A stretch of 64,000 nucleotides of DNA from Candidatus Caldarchaeum sp. (GTDB lineage Archaea; Thermoproteota; Nitrososphaeria_A; Caldarchaeales; Caldarchaeaceae): assembly GCA_038831915.1 (NCBI GenBank), contig JAWBKB010000001.1, positions 96,001 to 160,000 of the forward strand, written 5' to 3'. Shown here in pieces: positions 19,411 through 28,207 of the stretch. The position numbers and the translations under genes were made by a program. The notes below the pieces were generated by a model, which did no database searches, was not told the origin of the DNA, and saw only the letters and a list, made by a program, of their open reading frames with translations. Each line of letters starts with the position of its first letter. The first letter of the stretch is position 1.

Positions 19411-20685
19411 TTGTTGCAGGATATGGCTCATAGGGTTTACGCTGAAATCTACGGATGTTCGGCGAACCAAGCCGACGGTGAAATAGCGTTAGGCCTTTTG
19501 AAAAGCAAAGGATACGAGTTGGTCGACGACGAGTCGAAAGCCGATTACGTGGTGCTGGTTACCTGCGCTGTCAAGAAACCAACTTCCGACCGAATGATTC
19601 ACCGCATAAAGAAATTCGCGAAGCTCGGGCCTCGGCTCGTGGTCGCGGGCTGCATGGCTACAGGCGAAACCGAACGCGTCAAAAAAACTGCTCCACAAGC
19701 TATACTCCTTCCACCCAAGGAAATCACTGGGATCACTGCTACAATTGAGGGAAAACCGTTTGAAGCTAAAAGCATCAAGCTTGGGTTGCCGAGAATTCGG
19801 AAAAATCCAGTGATTTCAATCGTGCCGGTGTCTGAGGGATGCCGGTGGAGCCGCTGTAGCTTCTGCATAGTTCCGTTTTCGCGTCCCGGCTACGAAAGCT
19901 TCCCAGTCAGACTCGTCGTAGAAGAGGTTTCCAACGCCTTGGCCGAAGGATGCAAAGAGGTGTGGCTCACAAGTCAAGACATGGGGAGCTACGGACTTGA
20001 ATCAGGAAGAAACCTTCTCCCCGAACTCATCGAATCAATCAACCAGCTACCCGGAAAATTCTTCGTGCGAATTGGTATGATGAACCCAATCTACCTCAAG
20101 CCACTAATCTACCGTCTCGTCGAATCATTCAGAGGCGAGAAAATTTTCAAGTTCATCCATCTCCCCGTGCAATCAGGCTCCGACAAAGTATTAGCCGACA
20201 TGAGACGCGGCCACGATGTAAAAATTTTCCGACATATTTTGTCGCGGTTCCGCGAAACGTTTCCCGAAATTACTCTATCAACCGACATCATAGTCGGCTA
20301 TCCGACGGAAACGGATGATGATTTCGAACAGACCTTGAAGCTGATAGAAGAAATCAAACCCAGCGTAGTGAACGTTTCGAAATATTTCCCGCGACCCAAC
20401 ACACCGGCCGAGCGACTCAAACCACTGCCGTCAACCATAGTTGCGAAAAGAATAGCGGAAATCAACGCGGTCTTGGCGGAAATTCAGCTGGAAAACAATA
20501 TGAGATGGGTTGGATGGACCGGTGAATTAATAGTGGACGAACTTGGCAAAAACGGGAAAATGGTCGGACGGAATTACACCTATAGACCTGTAGTATTCGA
20601 AGGCAAAGAAAACCTTCTTGGCCAGTTTGTCCAAGTGGAAGTGGTCGAAGCCCGTCGAACCTACTTGATGGGAAGACTACTGTGA
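19411..20685 (+). CDS. tRNA methylthiotransferase (MiaB/MtaB-like radical SAM with TRAM domain)
   Basis: YGCSANQAD, TCAVK, AGCM, C..C..C cluster motif, RIGMMNP, HLPVQSG; C-terminal TRAM domain. Confidence 0.9.
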   Translation: MLQDMAHRVYAEIYGCSANQADGEIALGLLKSKGYELVDDESKADYVVLVTCAVKKPTSDRMIHRIKKFAKLGPRLVVAGCMATGETERVKKTAPQAILLPPKEITGITATIEGKPFEAKSIKLGLPRIRKNPVISIVPVSEGCRWSRCSFCIVPFSRPGYESFPVRLVVEEVSNALAEGCKEVWLTSQDMGSYGLESGRNLLPELIESINQLPGKFFVRIGMMNPIYLKPLIYRLVESFRGEKIFKFIHLPVQSGSDKVLADMRRGHDVKIFRHILSRFRETFPEITLSTDIIVGYPTETDDDFEQTLKLIEEIKPSVVNVSKYFPRPNTPAERLKPLPSTIVAKRIAEINAVLAEIQLENNMRWVGWTGELIVDELGKNGKMVGRNYTYRPVVFEGKENLLGQFVQVEVVEARRTYLMGRLL

Positions 20686-21303
20686 AGTCATTTCTGGCAT
20701 GGGTCCTTCGACGACCGTGACCGTGCCGACCATCCATGGATGCGGCGTGCAGTGATACGGGTAAATGCCGGCCCTGCCGAAAACGAATATCCATCTTTCA
20801 CCCGGCCCAAAAAGCCCGGAATCAAACAAGCCTTGGTCCGATGTAACTGTGTGAGCGACGTTTACTTTCTCCTCGTTAACCCAGATGACAGTGCTGTTGT
20901 ATCCCGCCAAGACTTTAACGCTGGCCGGAACATAGGTTTCGGTGGCCGCGGGGTCGAAAGAGCCGGGTAAGATGACGATTGTTACGTTGAAGGGCGTCGG
21001 CCCAGTCAAAGCTATTTGTTCAACTTTCGCAAACGGGCCTATCTGAAGAGCAGCCGATACAAGCACGAAAGAAATCAAACCAATTCCGATGAAGCTCAAT
21101 GCGTAAACTTTTCCACCTGAAATGACTGGAAGCCCTCCTTTAAACAAACCTATCGGAAGCATCACGATTCCCAAACCAAGCAGAAACGCCGAAAACTCGG
21201 CTAGTGGCCGCATCGTGTCAGAAATCCCGATGTAAGGGATGAAAACCCCTGCTATTCCCATGATTATGAAGAGAATCGCAACGACCAAAATCGTCTCGTC
21301 CAT
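20677..21303 (-). CDS. Membrane-anchored type I blue copper protein (cupredoxin)
   Basis: Three N-terminal TMs; AHTVT and YHCTPHPWM copper ligands. Confidence 0.85.
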   Translation of the reverse strand: MDETILVVAILFIIMGIAGVFIPYIGISDTMRPLAEFSAFLLGLGIVMLPIGLFKGGLPVISGGKVYALSFIGIGLISFVLVSAALQIGPFAKVEQIALTGPTPFNVTIVILPGSFDPAATETYVPASVKVLAGYNSTVIWVNEEKVNVAHTVTSDQGLFDSGLFGPGERWIFVFGRAGIYPYHCTPHPWMVGTVTVVEGPMPEMTSQ

Positions 21304-21403
21304 GGCTAAAACTTTTCAGAACCACTTTTTATACTGTAACAAATTTCAACCAAAATTTCACAGCCACAAGCAGGAATGGAGTTAAATAACCAGTGTTTGT
21401 TTT

Positions 21404-22072
21404 TTGGCCGGATTGAAAATCGCCGTCATCGGTGGAACCGGGGATATGGGATTTGGGCTGGCGGCCAGACTTGTTCAAGCCGGATATCATGTCGTGATTG
21501 GTTCGAGGAAAACCGAGAAAGCGCTAGAGGCCGTCGAAAAGATAAGAATCATCACGGGAAAAACCAACGTTGAGGGAAAAATAAACAACGAATCTGTCGC
21601 AGGGTGCAGGTTTGTTTTCTTTAGCGTTCCCTACGAGGGAATGAAAGAAATCGCCCAAACAGTTGCTGCATCTCTCGAAAAAGATTCTATCGTTGTCTCA
21701 TGCATAGTGCCTTTCGTCGACGTTGAGAAATCGGCCGCGGAAGAACTTGCAAGCAGTCTTCCCAACGGAACAAAAGTGGTTTCAGCTTTACACACCATCA
21801 GTGCATCGCTTTTATCGGAGCTGAATGTCCCGATTGATTCGGACACCTTCGTGTTCGGAGACGACAAGGAAGCGAAAAAACAGCTCGTCAAGCTCCTCGT
21901 TTGCATCGAGGGCCTCAGACCTGTGGATGGTGGGCCTTTGAAAAACTCAAGGTATGGCGAGGCTTTTACTCGTTTTCTCGTAGGAATCAACAAAAGATAC
22001 GGGATCTCATCAGCCGGCCTAAGAATTACACAGCTAGACGATTCAACTGTCCAAGCCTGGTGGCAGAGATGA
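21404..22072 (+). CDS. npdG: F420H2:NADP+ oxidoreductase
   Basis: IGGTGDMG.GLA, IGSR, ALHTISA, DGGPL.N. Confidence 0.88.
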   Translation: MAGLKIAVIGGTGDMGFGLAARLVQAGYHVVIGSRKTEKALEAVEKIRIITGKTNVEGKINNESVAGCRFVFFSVPYEGMKEIAQTVAASLEKDSIVVSCIVPFVDVEKSAAEELASSLPNGTKVVSALHTISASLLSELNVPIDSDTFVFGDDKEAKKQLVKLLVCIEGLRPVDGGPLKNSRYGEAFTRFLVGINKRYGISSAGLRITQLDDSTVQAWWQR

Positions 22073-23418
22073 AGCCATCTCCAACAATTTTCCGAGCCTA
22101 TGACATCAGAGGAGTTTACGGTAGGGACGTTGACGAAGAGGTCGCGTACATGGTTGGAAGAGCTTTTGGAACCATGGTTCAGGGTAGAGTCATCGTGGGA
22201 CGCGACGTTCGGCTAAGCGGGGAAACACTTGTGAAAGCTCTGGCCGACGGTTTGAACGAATCGGGAGTAACTGTGTTGATAGCAGGCGTCTGCACCACGC
22301 CTGCGTGCTACTTCGGTGGACAATACTTCAAAACTGACGGTGGAGTTATGGTAACAGCCAGTCACAACCCAGCTGAATGGAACGGTTTCAAAATGTTCCT
22401 TGCCGACGGCGAAACAGTTTCACAGGGAGCAGGAATGGAACAGCTCCGCGACATGGTTATGAAGAACGAATACGGACCGCTTGCGAAAACAAAAGGAACA
22501 ATAGAACACGTCGACCTCAACAAAATTTACGTAAACTACCTGGCTGAAAGATTTCAACCATTTGAAGGAATCAAATTGGCTGTCGACATGAGCGACGGCT
22601 CCGCGTCACTTGTCTTCCCCAAGATAGCTGAAAAACTGAAGCTCAAAATCATCGCTCTCAACGACAACCCTGACGGATTCTTCCGTGGTCATTCGCCGGA
22701 GCCGACAGAGGAAAACATCGGACCCTTGAAACAAATAGTGGTCGAACATAACCTCGATTTCGGAGTTGCTTTCGACGGCGACGCAGATAGAGCGGTCTTC
22801 GTAGACGACAAAGGCAGAACACTTGAGGGAGACATCGCGTTAGCGGTTCTACTCAAAACAGTACAGAGAAAAGGGTTGGTCATTTACGACGTTAATTCTT
22901 CTTCTGCTTTGAAAGAAACAGCTGAAAAGCTTGGGTTTCAGACTCTTGAATGGAAAGTAGGCCGGGCGTTCATACATAGAAAAGTTCGCGAGCTTAGAGC
23001 TGTCATCGGCGGAGAAAAAAGCAACCACCTCTATTTCGGTGAACTTGATGGAAACGACGACGCCATTTACGCCGCGTTAAAAGTCGCCGAGCTCATCCAC
23101 AAAACCAAGACCAGACTTTCACAACACGTTGAAGAAATTCCAAAATATCCTACAACACCGATACTTGTTTTTGAATGCCCTGACGACAAAAAATTCAAAG
23201 CCGTAGAAACTATCGCGGAAAAGTTGGAGTCTCTCGGCTACAAAGTCAGCCGCCTTGACGGAGTGAAAGCCTACACCGAAAACGGATGGATTTTAATCAG
23301 AGCATCAAACACAATGCCGCAAGTGAAAATGTCGGTTGAGGCGAAGGATCATGAAACACTTCGAAAACTAAAGGCGCTTGGGGAAAGCCTGATTAGGGAA
23401 GCGTTTGCCTCGGTGTAG
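22069..23418 (+). CDS. Phosphomannomutase/phosphoglucomutase
   Basis: FRAYDIRG, TASHNP, FDGDADR, GEKSNH; ATGA overlap with npdG sets the start. Confidence 0.93.
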   Translation: MKPSPTIFRAYDIRGVYGRDVDEEVAYMVGRAFGTMVQGRVIVGRDVRLSGETLVKALADGLNESGVTVLIAGVCTTPACYFGGQYFKTDGGVMVTASHNPAEWNGFKMFLADGETVSQGAGMEQLRDMVMKNEYGPLAKTKGTIEHVDLNKIYVNYLAERFQPFEGIKLAVDMSDGSASLVFPKIAEKLKLKIIALNDNPDGFFRGHSPEPTEENIGPLKQIVVEHNLDFGVAFDGDADRAVFVDDKGRTLEGDIALAVLLKTVQRKGLVIYDVNSSSALKETAEKLGFQTLEWKVGRAFIHRKVRELRAVIGGEKSNHLYFGELDGNDDAIYAALKVAELIHKTKTRLSQHVEEIPKYPTTPILVFECPDDKKFKAVETIAEKLESLGYKVSRLDGVKAYTENGWILIRASNTMPQVKMSVEAKDHETLRKLKALGESLIREAFASV

Positions 23419-23421
23419 ACC

Positions 23422-24054
23422 TTGACTGACTGGCTTCAGTCGTTAGCGCTTACCTACGGGCCGGCGGGAGTGTTTGTTGTCTCGCTTCTCGGAAGCGTGC
23501 TCCCATTCGTCCCGATTCCCTACCTTTTCGTCGTCGTTCTTTTGAGCGACACGGTTGACCCGCTTTTGTTAGGCATAGTCTCTGGGCTCGGTGGTTCTTT
23601 GGGAAAAATTACTTCATATGCGTTGGGCCGGATGGGTTACAGGTTTCTGGGTGAAACACGTCAAAGAAGAATGGATGCTCTAAGGGAAATAATCGGCAAA
23701 TACGGCGTGATAGGTGTCTTTGTTTTCGCTTTAACCCCGTTACCCGATGATGTCTACATTATTCCAGCGGGTATGGTGAGGCTGAATTTCTGGCGTTTTC
23801 TACTCGCGAACACTCTGGGGAAAATCATCTTGGCGACTTTGGTCGCTGTCCTCGGCCGAACCTACTTCGAATATGCGCGAATATTACTTGGAGAATCGAC
23901 ATGGATAACAACGGGGTTAGCGGTTTTGGCCATGGTAATTATCACCGTAATACTTTTGCGAACCGATTGGGAAACTATGCTTCAAACCCTAAAAAAAACG
24001 GGCTGGAAAGGCGTTCTACAAAATCTCGGCGTATGGAGAAGAAATACGAAATGA
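23422..24054 (+). CDS. DedA/VTT (SNARE-associated) membrane protein
   Basis: PFVPIPY, G.SLG...SY.LG, LTPLPDD motifs. Confidence 0.85.
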   Translation: MTDWLQSLALTYGPAGVFVVSLLGSVLPFVPIPYLFVVVLLSDTVDPLLLGIVSGLGGSLGKITSYALGRMGYRFLGETRQRRMDALREIIGKYGVIGVFVFALTPLPDDVYIIPAGMVRLNFWRFLLANTLGKIILATLVAVLGRTYFEYARILLGESTWITTGLAVLAMVIITVILLRTDWETMLQTLKKTGWKGVLQNLGVWRRNTK

Positions 24055-24094
24055 CGTTCGCCGGCGCGTAGGAGTTGGAGACGAAAAGAAATTT

Positions 24095-24877
24095 ATGCAT
24101 GCGAGTACATACAAAAGCGTTGTGAAAGCCGCAGGCTACATACTTGCGTTCATGTCCATGACAGGGCTAGTTTTTTCCATGTGGTTCGCGGCGGCATCAT
24201 TCCTGGTGCCCGTGCTTTTGAGGTTTTTCATCCCTGATTCTCTCATCTCACTGTTGATAACAGCGTTAATTTTGTCGGCGATTTACACATTCATACATTA
24301 CAAGCTTCAGCGAACCATTTTCTGGCCTCTCCTTACACTAGGAGCTTTGTAGGGCGGAATCCTAGCATATGTCCTGCTCTACTTAGTAGGTTCATCTTGG
24401 CCCCTGGTGCCGTGGTTCTTGGGGTTAGCTACATTTGTTGTTCCTTCTGTCGTAATCAGCGTCGTGTTTGTCGTCCTCAGTCGTGGCAAGAAAGCTACCG
24501 CGGTCGAAGTGGAGGCCGTTGAACCTGTTGTCACTGAGAAACCTGCTGAACAACAGCCCGGTGGGGAGGAGAAGAAGCTTGAAATACAACCATCGCCACC
24601 GTCACAGCCGCAGCCACAGCAGCAGTTTTCCACATCGCCACAGCCGATCGCTGCAGCCGTAGAACAACCTACGGCTTATCCCCAGGTGCTGGTTTATCAG
24701 ACACCCCAAATACCAATCGTGCCGGAAAAAATTGACAGTGAGGACATAGAAGATTACATTCTCGACTTCATCGACCAGAAAAAGATAACAGAACTTGTGC
24801 CGGTTCAAGCTCCTTCCGCTGATGGGGGAATTTATCCAGCCATTCAAAATGACGTAGATATCGACACTGCTCGCCTA
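24095..24877 (+). pseudogene. Membrane protein pseudogene with Pro/Gln linker and truncated TackOD1-like domain
   Basis: ORFs at 24095 and 24407 are in the same frame, separated by one TAG (24350-24352) inside a TM helix; coding pattern breaks near 24875. Confidence 0.6.
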
Positions 24878-25057
24878 GTTGGCTCCTATGTTCGACCTAA
24901 GCAAAAGAGCATGCCCGCCAACTTCAAACAACTCACTCGACTGAACGATGGGTATATGGCTCAACAAATAATACCAAAGACCAATTCCCATGACCACAAC
25001 AACCGCTGTAACGATGGCCAGTCCAACGATCTCGCTAAGCCCCTTCTTTGATTTCAG
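24875..25057 (-). pseudogene. Truncated type IV pilin-like gene (class III signal peptide)
   Basis: (L/M)KSKKG|LSEIVGLAIVTAVVVVMGIGLWYY; CTG start overlapping the upstream TGA; GAGGTG SD; stops after 60 aa. Confidence 0.7.
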
Positions 25058-26196
25058 GGCTCCCGCACCTCTACGATGATTTCAGAAACAGCGGTCATCC
25101 TGACTGCCGGACTTATGTCGAAGAAAACGGAGTCGTTGTATATTCCACGCGGAACCGTTATTGTGTTGCTCGCCGCGTAGACGATTGCTCCGATGCAGTT
25201 GCGCAACGTGACTGAAATTACGTATCTGCCGCCGATGAGGTCGTTTATTCCCAGTTCCACCACTACCGTTGAGAGCATCCGTTCATTCGTCGAGGTATCA
25301 ACGGTCCACCAAAGCTGAACACCTGATGCATGAGCCTTGAACGGTATCCCGCCGAGACTCCAAAATCTCTGCACAACTTCGTAACCTGAGGACTGACCGT
25401 AATGTTCATCGGCACCACGAACCCAGATATTGTGCCTGTCAACTCAGATATCGAATTGCTTATGGATGGAATTGTGCCAGACACGCCCGAAACAGCTCCG
25501 GACGCGTTTACAATCATGACGTTAACCATCACGTTTTCTGAATGAGAGACGAACGGAGCACGATGAAAAGCTTGTTACTTGGAACACCTGGAACACGTCC
25601 CGAATCCGTGAAAGTAATGGGGTCTATCAAGTCAACCGCCATCCATTTAACACCTTCAGGTATTTCGCAGACCGTCGGAAGCCTTCCTCCGGGAAAGAGG
25701 AAAACAGTTTCCACGTACTTCATTTCATCCGCTGAATGCACAGGGTTGGCTTCGTCGAAAAGTGCGGACGCCACGTACCATATTCGCATTTTCAACCTTT
25801 CACCGGCCACGCAGATATAGCAAGCGGGTATCTCATCATCAGTCAAAGTCGCATTCTCTCCGGGAAGAATTTTTGTCAAGTTTGCGAAAATTGTAGGTGG
25901 ATAGTGGGCTCGAAGATAACCTTCCGGGGTGACCAGCCCCACTCTCGTCACCGTAACAGGGACTGAAGCGACGTTTCTCACGATGGCACTTCTGGCTGTC
26001 GTCGTGTAATTCACAAGTTCAAATGAAAGCTGCGCCGTCGTCTTGACTTGGAGAATTGACCTGTTTAGGTTGGTTGATAGGTTGTTGAAAGAAATGTTTA
26101 GCCAGCTAAGAGCAAACCCCCAGACAAAAAAACCCAATTGCGAGCGTGAGTGCCAAAAGAATAATTGCACCTACAGAAATATCTCCCGACGACCTC
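25054..26196 (-). pseudogene. Large pilin-like/secreted protein pseudogene with three frameshifts
   Basis: VGAIILLALTLAIGFF/VWGFA split at a T7 run (26126-26132); IVRNV..VPVTV motif; ORFs 25529-26170, 25263-25532 and 25054-25374 join by single-base shifts. Confidence 0.65.
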
Positions 26197-26341
26197 GCCT
26201 CTGAAAATATTTTTGACGATGGCGACGTTCGGGGATTAGTTACTCAAACTGTCCATGCAACGGCTTACACTGATTTAGGCTTTTCAAACCTCTAAACTTG
26301 CGTCACGACCAACAGAACTACCTTTAACAATTTTGGCCATT

Positions 26342-27637
26342 TCATGTCCTCGAACATTCGAGTTGTCGTGCAGCCCTGAGAAGAAGCGATTCTTCGAAAG
26401 GCTTGCCTACTAAAGTGAGGCCTATGCCTCGGTCATGGGTTAAAGGCATCGTAACTGCAGGGTAGCCGAGCAGCGCCGCGGGCATGCCGAAAGACGTGTC
26501 CACACTTTCCTCATCGCCTCCGACCTGAAACACCGTGGCCAAAAGATGAAACTGTTCAAACAGCTTCTCGACGCGGATATTAATTTCGTTTCTCTTTTTG
26601 AGTGCTTTGAGGCAATCGACGGCGGATGTTGTACGGCCTGCCAATAGTAGTTGGCGTGCGTTTGGCCCGTATTTGTCCCTCCATTCCTGAAAGAAATCGT
26701 CGTGGAAGGCCGCGGCTTCGGCCAAGCCGATTCGTGTCCATAAATCCGCCAAGCCGTTGATCGAAAAACGAGCTTCAACCGCAGAAAATTCACAACGATC
26801 GCACAAATTCATCAACCTCTCAACGCCGACATATTTCTCCTGGGGTGCGATGATGCCGATTTTCAGTCCTTCAGGCTTGCGGAATATCTGTGACATGTAG
26901 CGGGGCACTTCGGCGTAAACACTGCTTTCATCCATTAGGTCGAACCCGGCTGTGGCCTTCAACACGGCTGCCAAATCTTCGCCACTTTTTCCAAAAAAGC
27001 AAACCGCGTCAAGCGAGTAACTTACCGGAAGAACTCCATGCCTGCTTACCCTTCCAAAAGAGGGTCTGAGTGAAACCACGCCGGCCATGGTTGCGGTAGT
27101 CGGCAAAAAGCCGTCACTATCAGTTCCGACAGCTATCGAGGACAAGCCTAGAGAAACTGCTGCAGCTGAGCCGTTGTTCGAGTCGTGCAAGGGGTTTCCG
27201 TTCATCAGCTTTACCTGTCCATAGTAGGGGTCATCGTCCTTGTTTGCGAGAGAGAACTCGGTCAGGTTGGTTTTTCCGACGACAACGGCGCCTGCTTGCT
27301 CGAGTTTGGCTAAGACCGTCGCGGTTGTTTCGGAAATTTTATCCGCAAACAGCTTTGAACCATAAGTTATTCTGACGTCTTTGAAATGTATGTTGTCTTT
27401 GACTCCGATAGGTATCCCTTGAAGAAATCCACGGACTATTCCACGGTTAATTTCGTCCTCGATTTTTCGAGCCTGTTCCAAAGCCTTAGACCTACATAAA
27501 GTGATGAACACATTATGCGATGAATTCATCTTTTCAGCTCTATTGATTAGCTGTTCGATCAGTGTAACGGGTGAAATAGTCCTGCTCCGAAGCTTTTCGC
27601 CCAACGCTGTCACCGTGATGTTATCCATTTTGACCAC
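26342..27637 (-). CDS. Amidase-signature family protein (GatA-like) with degenerate catalytic motifs
   Basis: GIPIGVKDNI, GKTNL.EF, GRVSR.G present; GGSSGG replaced by HDSNNG and DTGGS by DSDGF. Confidence 0.8.
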   Translation of the reverse strand: MVKMDNITVTALGEKLRSRTISPVTLIEQLINRAEKMNSSHNVFITLCRSKALEQARKIEDEINRGIVRGFLQGIPIGVKDNIHFKDVRITYGSKLFADKISETTATVLAKLEQAGAVVVGKTNLTEFSLANKDDDPYYGQVKLMNGNPLHDSNNGSAAAVSLGLSSIAVGTDSDGFLPTTATMAGVVSLRPSFGRVSRHGVLPVSYSLDAVCFFGKSGEDLAAVLKATAGFDLMDESSVYAEVPRYMSQIFRKPEGLKIGIIAPQEKYVGVERLMNLCDRCEFSAVEARFSINGLADLWTRIGLAEAAAFHDDFFQEWRDKYGPNARQLLLAGRTTSAVDCLKALKKRNEINIRVEKLFEQFHLLATVFQVGGDEESVDTSFGMPAALLGYPAVTMPLTHDRGIGLTLVGKPFEESLLLRAARQLECSRT

Positions 27638-27713
27638 CTATGAAGACACGTACTTTCACAAATATGCTCAATAAAGTCATGTATAATTAACGGTGTTTAT
27701 CTGAAGGCTTGGT

Positions 27714-27962
27714 TTGGAGCCGAAATACTTCGTCGAAGTCAAAACAGCGGATAAAGCCTACAAGGTTGAGGCTGAAGCTTTGGAAGCGGTGAAAAATGTG
27801 ATAAAGGGCAAAATGCTCGCCCGCATGAAAAAAGAATACGTCGACTGTCCTGTCGCGGGAGCGCCGGTGGCTTTTCTCAGCTGCTTCGTCTGCGTCAGCT
27901 ACATTCGACGAGTCCGTGGAGTGGTTCACTGCGCCGGCAGCGAAAGGAGGACCAGAACTTGA
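27714..27962 (+). CDS. Small Cys-containing (putative Zn-binding) protein
   Basis: DCPV...CFVC...HC; own TATA-like box upstream. Confidence 0.65.
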   Translation: MEPKYFVEVKTADKAYKVEAEALEAVKNVIKGKMLARMKKEYVDCPVAGAPVAFLSCFVCVSYIRRVRGVVHCAGSERRTRT

Positions 27963-28204
27963 GCAGATACACGCTCTTTTTTTCAGGCGTGGTTGTTCTT
28001 GTTTTCGGACTTTTCATGGCTTTCGCAGGCCTGCCTTTCTCCTACATTTTCCTTTTCTCCGGAATTATAATGACCGTCGCCGGGTTCTTCATAAAATCGA
28101 CCGTAACCGTCGAGCCGGAGCAAGGGAAAAAATTCTGCTGGTACTGCTATGAACAAATTCCAGCCGACGCCGGTATCTGTCCCCATTGTAAACTCAAGCA
28201 GTAA
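27959..28204 (+). CDS. Two-TM protein with C-terminal zinc ribbon
   Basis: CWYC...CPHC; TTGA overlap with the preceding gene. Confidence 0.7.
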   Translation: MSRYTLFFSGVVVLVFGLFMAFAGLPFSYIFLFSGIIMTVAGFFIKSTVTVEPEQGKKFCWYCYEQIPADAGICPHCKLKQ

Positions 28205-28207
28205 TCT

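Noticed and set aside
24350-24352. In-frame TAG as pyrrolysine or stop-codon recoding
   Set aside because: TAG terminates normal genes in this window (fbp, albA), no pyl genes are seen, and the locus is otherwise decayed
24590-24660. CAGCCG/CAGCCA short repeats
   Set aside because: They encode a Pro/Gln low-complexity linker; not a CRISPR or DNA repeat array
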